Positions 56,800 to 64,000 of a stretch of 64,000 bases of DNA are shown here, piece after piece (the first letter of the stretch is position 1; every line of letters starts with the position of its first letter). Made by a program: the position numbers and the translations under genes. The notes beneath the pieces were generated by a model. It worked only from the letters and a program-made list of their open reading frames with translations, was not told the DNA's origin and searched no databases. Source of the stretch: the human T2T-CHM13v2.0 reference genome, Homo sapiens; assembly GCF_009914755.1 (NCBI RefSeq), contig NC_060938.1; one strand, given 5' to 3'.

Positions 56800-56837
56800 C
56801 ACAGTGCCTGAGACTGCAGGAGAGCTGAACACAAACC
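56800..56837 (+). promoter_or_regulatory. RSS of TRAV8-6
   Basis: CACAGTG, 22-bp spacer, ACACAAACC (or 23 bp with CACAAACCT). Confidence 0.92.
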
Positions 56838-59800
56838 TCCTGAGATGCTGAGACTTTCTGTGACTCAAGAACTCAACCTGTGGAGCTTTCAAGAGGGTCC
56901 CTTTTTTCTGTGCCCGTTTTGAAGGCACATAGGGCAGGGTGGGCTGAGCCCTTGGTAGGGTTTGTCTCCGGAATAATTGCTCCAATGTCAATGTCATGCC
57001 ACATTCAGATATGCTTTGTCCCACATGGAGGTTTCCTGATGAATTTCTTCAGTGGGGACCTCCTCCACACTCTGAAGAAAGCACATCATAAGGTGTCAGA
57101 GCTCCGAAATAAAAGGCAACAACATTTTTATACAAAATTATTTCTAGCAACCATTATGATTAGTATTGCCTCAGGTGTTAACTTGTGAATAACCGATGTA
57201 ATTGATTAGAATGTTAGCTAAAAGCTGTGCAGGATGGATTCTCAATTAGGGTAACCCATACAGCACAGATTCTCAATCAGTGTGCTGTAATTCTCAACCT
57301 AGATTTGAAGCTTAACTTCTAGCACATACATAATATCCCACTGTGTGGTATTGACATATTTAAAGTAAATTAGACATAATATCAAGATTTTTAATCTTGT
57401 GAGCATTATGCAAAACAGGAAATTAAACATAAATCTTAATACAATATTGAAAAACTAAGCTGTCAAGTTGTGATCTTTTTTAAAACAGCTATTCCAGTGA
57501 TTTCCAAGTTACAAACTTGAGGGATAAAAATGTAACCAATATAAAGATATCAAATACCCTAGATTCAACTACTTTAAAAACTACTTTAAAACTCCGAGGC
57601 ATTTTATTTTAAGAGATTACACAGATTTATTATATAAAATTACACAACAAAAAATTCCAGTTGCATTATCAGAGAGTATATGAATTCTAATGGGCATATC
57701 CAAGACCAGGGTACCCTATTACTTACTCTGAAATAATTATATCGAAAAACCAACATGTTTAAGATATTTTATGTACATGATTATTACTCCAAATTTTTAT
57801 TTGTAGTTTGATCACATGGTAGAATTAAAAAATGCCTCTCAAAGTATTATAAAATGTTCACACATACAGAAGTTGTCTTCCTTAATTCAACATTTTGTAA
57901 TTTTTGATGACAAAAATTATGAAAGGAATCATCTCACTTCTTAAAAATATTTACAATTGCCTAAATCTCCTCTTTTAAAATGAGATGAAGTTGTATTCTT
58001 CCCTTATTATAAAACATGTGTTTAAAGTAGTTTAAAAATATTCCTATGAATTGAGCTAAAAGAGGGTAGAGGGTTTATAATAAAAAATATTTAGACTTGG
58101 CTTCTTCTCTTGCACCAAAGACTCAGGTTCTTGCTTATGGTTTCTTTGGCTGCTGACATTCTTTAGTTACTTCTTAGCGTGCCACCTCTTCCAGTTTTAC
58201 TTTCGTCCTCATTTCATTTTCGTTTGTAGTTTTTCTTACAGATTTGTCTTTTCATTGTGCCTTTTATGGCCTGTTATTTTGATTATGTTCAAATTTTACA
58301 GGCCAAGAACACTTAACATGATGTCTATTTTAACAAATTTTTGAAGTGTACAACTCAGTTAACTATTGGCCCAACGTTGAATAGCAGATCTCTAGTAATT
58401 CTTCATCTTATCTGATAGAAACTTTGTACCCCTTCATCAACACCTCCCCACTTCTTCTTCCCCCAGCCCCAAGAATGGTAACCACCATTCTACTCTCTAC
58501 TTCTATTAGTTTGACAGTTTTAGGTATCTCATGCAGGCCTTCTATGACTGGCTTATTTCACTTAGCATAATGTCCTTAGGGTTCATCCATGTTTTTGCAT
58601 GTGGCAGAATCTCCTTTTTTAAAAGTTGAAGAATATTCCATTTTATGCATATATCACATTTTCTTCATTCATCCATCAGTAGATATTTAGGTTGTTCCCA
58701 TATCTTGGCTAATGTGAATAATGCGGCAGTGACCATGGGAGAGAAAATGTTTCTTCAATATCCTGAATTTAATTTTTTTGATAAATAACCAGTAGTGGGA
58801 TTGCTGAATCATATGGTACATTTTTAATTCCAGGGGGAAACTCTTTACTGTTTTTCATAATTGCTGCACCATTTTGCAGCAAGGGTTCCAACTTCTCCAC
58901 ATTCTTATCAACATTGTTGTTGTTGTTTTATAATAGCCAACCTAAAAGGTGAGAGGTAATAACTCATTGCGATATCTAATTTCTCTGGTGATTAATGATG
59001 TTGAGCAGATTTTCATATAACTTCAGCCATTTGTATGTCTTCTCTGGAGAAATATCTACTCAAATCCTTTGCCAATGTTTTAATCAAGTTATTAAAACAT
59101 TGATAGTTATAGGAGTTCCCTATATATTTTGAAGATTAGCCCCTTATCAGACATATAGTTTGCAAATATTTCTTTCACTCTACATGTTGGCTTTTTTTCC
59201 TATTGATTATTTTCTTTGATGGGCAGAATCTTTTAAATTTTATAAAGTCCTGCTTATCTACGTTTGGTTTTGTTGCCATTGCCTGTGGTGTCACATACAA
59301 GAATTGGCTGTTGCTTAGACCACATGTCATGGAGAGTTTCCCATATATTTTTCCAATAGTTTTACAGTTTTGGGTTTTACGTTTTTAATTAATATTGAGT
59401 TGATTTATGTGTATTATGTTAGCTAGAAGTCCAATTTCATTCTCTTGCAAGTGGATATTCAGTTTCCACAGCACAATTTGTTGAAGAACTACTCTTTCCC
59501 CATTATGTATCCTTGATGCCCTTGTCAAACATCAGCTGAGTGCGTATGTGTGGGTCTATTTTTCAGCTCTCTATTCTGTTCCATTGGTTCGTATGTTTGT
59601 CTTTATGATAGAACTATGATGTTTTAATTACTGTAGCTTTGTAATATATTCTGAAACCAAGAAGTGGGGTGCTTTTAGCATTGTTTTTCTTTCTCAGGAT
59701 TGTTTGAGCTATTCTGGGCCTTTTGTGTTTCCAGAGAAATTTTAGAATTAAAATTTTAGTTTTTTCTATTTCCATAAAAATTTCATTGGGATTTTGATAG

Positions 59801-60065
59801 GGATAGCATTGTAGATTGCTTTGGGTTGTATAAACACCTTAACAATATTAAATCTTCCAATTCATGAACATAGACTATCTTTCATTTATTTGTGCCTTCT
59901 TTAATTTTTCTTATGAATGTTTTGTTGTTTTCTGTGTACAAGCCTTTAGACTAATTAGTTAAGTTTACTTCTAAACATTTTAATCTTTTGTAGCTATAAT
60001 AAATGGATTGTTTTCTGGATTTTTTTTCAGATAGTTTATTGTTAATGTGTAGAAATGGCACTGAT

Positions 60066-60453
<388 letters not shown>

Positions 60454-60745
60454 TCAGGGTTTTTAATGAATTTATGTCATCTACGAACAGAAATAATTTT
60501 ACTTCTTTTCTGATTTGAGTACTTTTAATTTCTTTTTCCTGTCTATTTACTCTGGCTAGGATTTCTAGTATTATCCTGAATGGAAGTGGTGAGGGTGGTT
60601 ACCCTTATCTTGTTCTGATCTTAGAGGAAAAGCTTTTTTGTGTTTCACACACCACTGAGTGTGATGTTAGCTGTGGGCTTTTTATATATGGCCTTTATTA
60701 TGTTGGGGGTAATTTCCCAATTTGTTGAATATTTTTATCATAAAA

Positions 60746-61541
<796 letters not shown>

Positions 61542-62710
61542 TGAAAGGATGTTGAATGTTGTCAGATTCTTTTTCTGCATCTATTGAGATGATCATGTAA
61601 TTTTTATCCCTCATTGTGTTATGTAGTGTGTCACATTCATTCATTTTTATATGTTAAAACATCCTTGCATCCCAGGGATAACTTCCACTTGGTTATTGTA
61701 TGTGATCCTATTAGTGAGCTATTGAATTTGGTTTGCTAGTATTTCACTGAGGATTTTTGCATCTATGTTCATCGGGAATATTGGTCTGTATACCTTCTTG
61801 TAGTGTCTTTGTCTGGCTTTGATATCAGGGTAATAATGGCTTCATAAAATAAGTTTAGAGGTATTCCCCTTTGAATTTTTTGGAAGAATTTAAGAAGGAT
61901 TAGAGTTAATTCTTCTTTAAATGGTTGATAGAACTCTCTAATGAAGCTGTCAGGTCTTTTGTCTTCTTTGTTAGGAGGTTTTGGATTACTGAATCAATTT
62001 CCTTACCAGTTATAAATCTGTTTAGATTTTTTTATTTCTTCATGATTCAGTCTTGGTAGGTTATATGTTTGTATAAATTTATGCATTTCTTCTAGGTTTT
62101 CCAATTTGTTGGTGTATAATTGTTTGTAATAGTCTCTTAAGATTCTTCTTATTTCTGTGGCATCCATTGTAATGTCTTCTCTTACATTTTTGGTTTATTT
62201 GAATCTTCTCTCTTCTTTTTCAGTCTAATTAAAAGATTGTCAATTCAGCTTATGTTTTCAAAACTTAGTTTTGCTTATTTTTATGTTATTTTCTACTCTA
62301 TGTTTTATTTATTTCTGCTCTAATATTTATTATTTCCTTCTTTCTACTAAATTTGGACTTCGCTTGTTCTTTTTTTCTAGTTCTTTGAGATGTAAAGTTA
62401 TGTTTTTTGTTTGAGATCTTTCTTTTGAATTCAGGTATTTATTGCTATAAACTTCCCTATTAGTACTGCTTTTGCTCCCTCTATAAATTTTGATATGTTG
62501 TGTTTTTGTGTTTGTATCTCAAAACATTTTCTAATGTGCCTTTTGATTTCTTTGACCAATTTGTTGCTCAAGAATATGATGTTTAATTTCCATATATTTT
62601 GGAATTTTCTAGTTTTGCATCTGCTATTTATTTCTAGTGTTATTCCATTCTCATTAGAAAAAATATGTGGTATGATTTCACTTTCTTAAATTTGTTGAGA
62701 CTTGTTTTGC

Positions 62711-63010
62711 GGCTGGGCATGGTGGCTCCCACCTGTAATCTCAGCACTTTAGGAGGCTGAGGTGGGAATGCTTGAGGCCAAGAGTTTGAGACCAGTCTGG
62801 GTAACAGTGAGACTCCTTCTACACAAAAAATAGAAATATTGACCTAGTGGGGTAGTGTGCAGATACCTGTAGTCTCAGCTACTCAGGAGGCTGAGATGGG
62901 ATGATCACTTGAGTCCAGGAGTTTGAGGCTGCAGTGAGTCATGATGCTGTCATTGCACTCCAGCTTGGACAACACAGTGACATCCTGCCTCAAAAAATGA
63001 AACAACGAAA
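62711..63010 (+). mobile_element. AluJ
   Basis: Diverged dimeric Alu. Confidence 0.87.
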
Positions 63011-64000
63011 ACTGCCCTCTTTGTTTTCAGTGACCCTATGCATCAGGAATACACTGGGTCCTATCAGTGCTCCTTGACAGGTGTGATGGAAGCCAGTCTC
63101 TCAGGCAGCCTGTGGCAAAGCTAGAATGTTGGATGTAATGTCCAAGTCTTTCCCTCCCCAGGGAGAGGCTGAAACTGGGGCTTTCCTCTTATTTATGGGA
63201 CACAGTACTGGGGGTAGGAAAATGTCAGAAACCCTCCTGTCATCTTTGATGTGGTTGGTTGCTTGCTCATTCAAGGTACTGGAGACTCTGAACTAGTTAC
63301 TGGATTTTTCACAAGTGAATTGATTTATTTATTGCTATTGAATTGGTGTGTCCATTGGGGAAAAGAGGGTCCAGGGATTTCTTTTCTGCCATCTTTCTGA
63401 TGTTACACCTTTCACGGACAGAATTCTTCCTGTTCTCATGGGCTTCTTTATTTGCCCTTCACCAGAACTGACCTCCTCTTGGGCATCTAGTTGAATGTGG
63501 TTTTCACTGTGGGCATGGTGGTCCTGCCTGAGTGCCAGCAGGCCACCCTGCAATGAGAGCTCCATCATACACTTTAAACTTTCCTTGATATTTCTTTTAG
63601 CTGTGCCTCTTAAGCAGTAGAAGGCTGGATATGAAAACCATTCAGATAATTTCTATATCTTAATAGAAAAATTTAGCCTTTTAAACTTATATATGCATGC
63701 ATTTATGGCTACAACTAATATTTTTGACTTATCTTACATGGCATAGTGACATTTGACATTGTAGAACACTTCCTTCCTGGAATGCTTTCTTTATTGGTTT
63801 TTAGAAATCCCACTCTTTTTTCCCTCTGCTTCAGTATTGTCAGTTGTTCCTTCTCAGTCTTTTTTGCTGTTTTTTCCCCACATTTAACTAATCTTTAAAC
63901 ATTGGCAAGCCTCAGAAATTTATCCTTGAAAATCTTTTTCCTCTATAAATACTTTATTCACAGCTGGTTTTATTCAGTCTCTTGGCTTTAAATCCCATTT

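Overview
Human (or very closely related primate) T-cell receptor alpha/delta (TRA/TRD) V-gene array, on 14q11.2 in human. On the + strand, in order: TRAV14/DV4 (1771-2284), TRAV9-2 (18817-19290), the TRAV15 pseudogene (27480-28303), TRAV12-3 (43186-43740) and TRAV8-6 (56358-56799). Each has a leader exon, a short intron, a V exon and a 3' 22/23-bp-spacer RSS. About half of the window is LINE-1, plus Alus, a full-length Hsmar2 mariner, LTR/ERV remnants, MIR, L2 and MER5. Almost all other ORFs in the track are repeat-derived or chance. I found no new gene system. The most unusual features are two local templated DNA captures tied to old L1 copies: (i) a 68-bp copy of the TRAV8-6 5'UTR/leader inside an L1 2.13 kb upstream, with duplicated and fold-back junctions; (ii) a 75-bp, 73/75-identical inverted copy of sequence 4.7 kb away, placed at an L1 5' junction so that the pair brackets TRAV9-2. 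Also seen: a tiny TSD-flanked poly(A) retro-insert, a 22-bp duplication that disrupts the TRAV15 leader, co-oriented CTCF-like motifs at V promoters and a perfect 20-bp palindrome at TRAV12-3. Gene, allele and repeat-subfamily names are from recall, not database searches.
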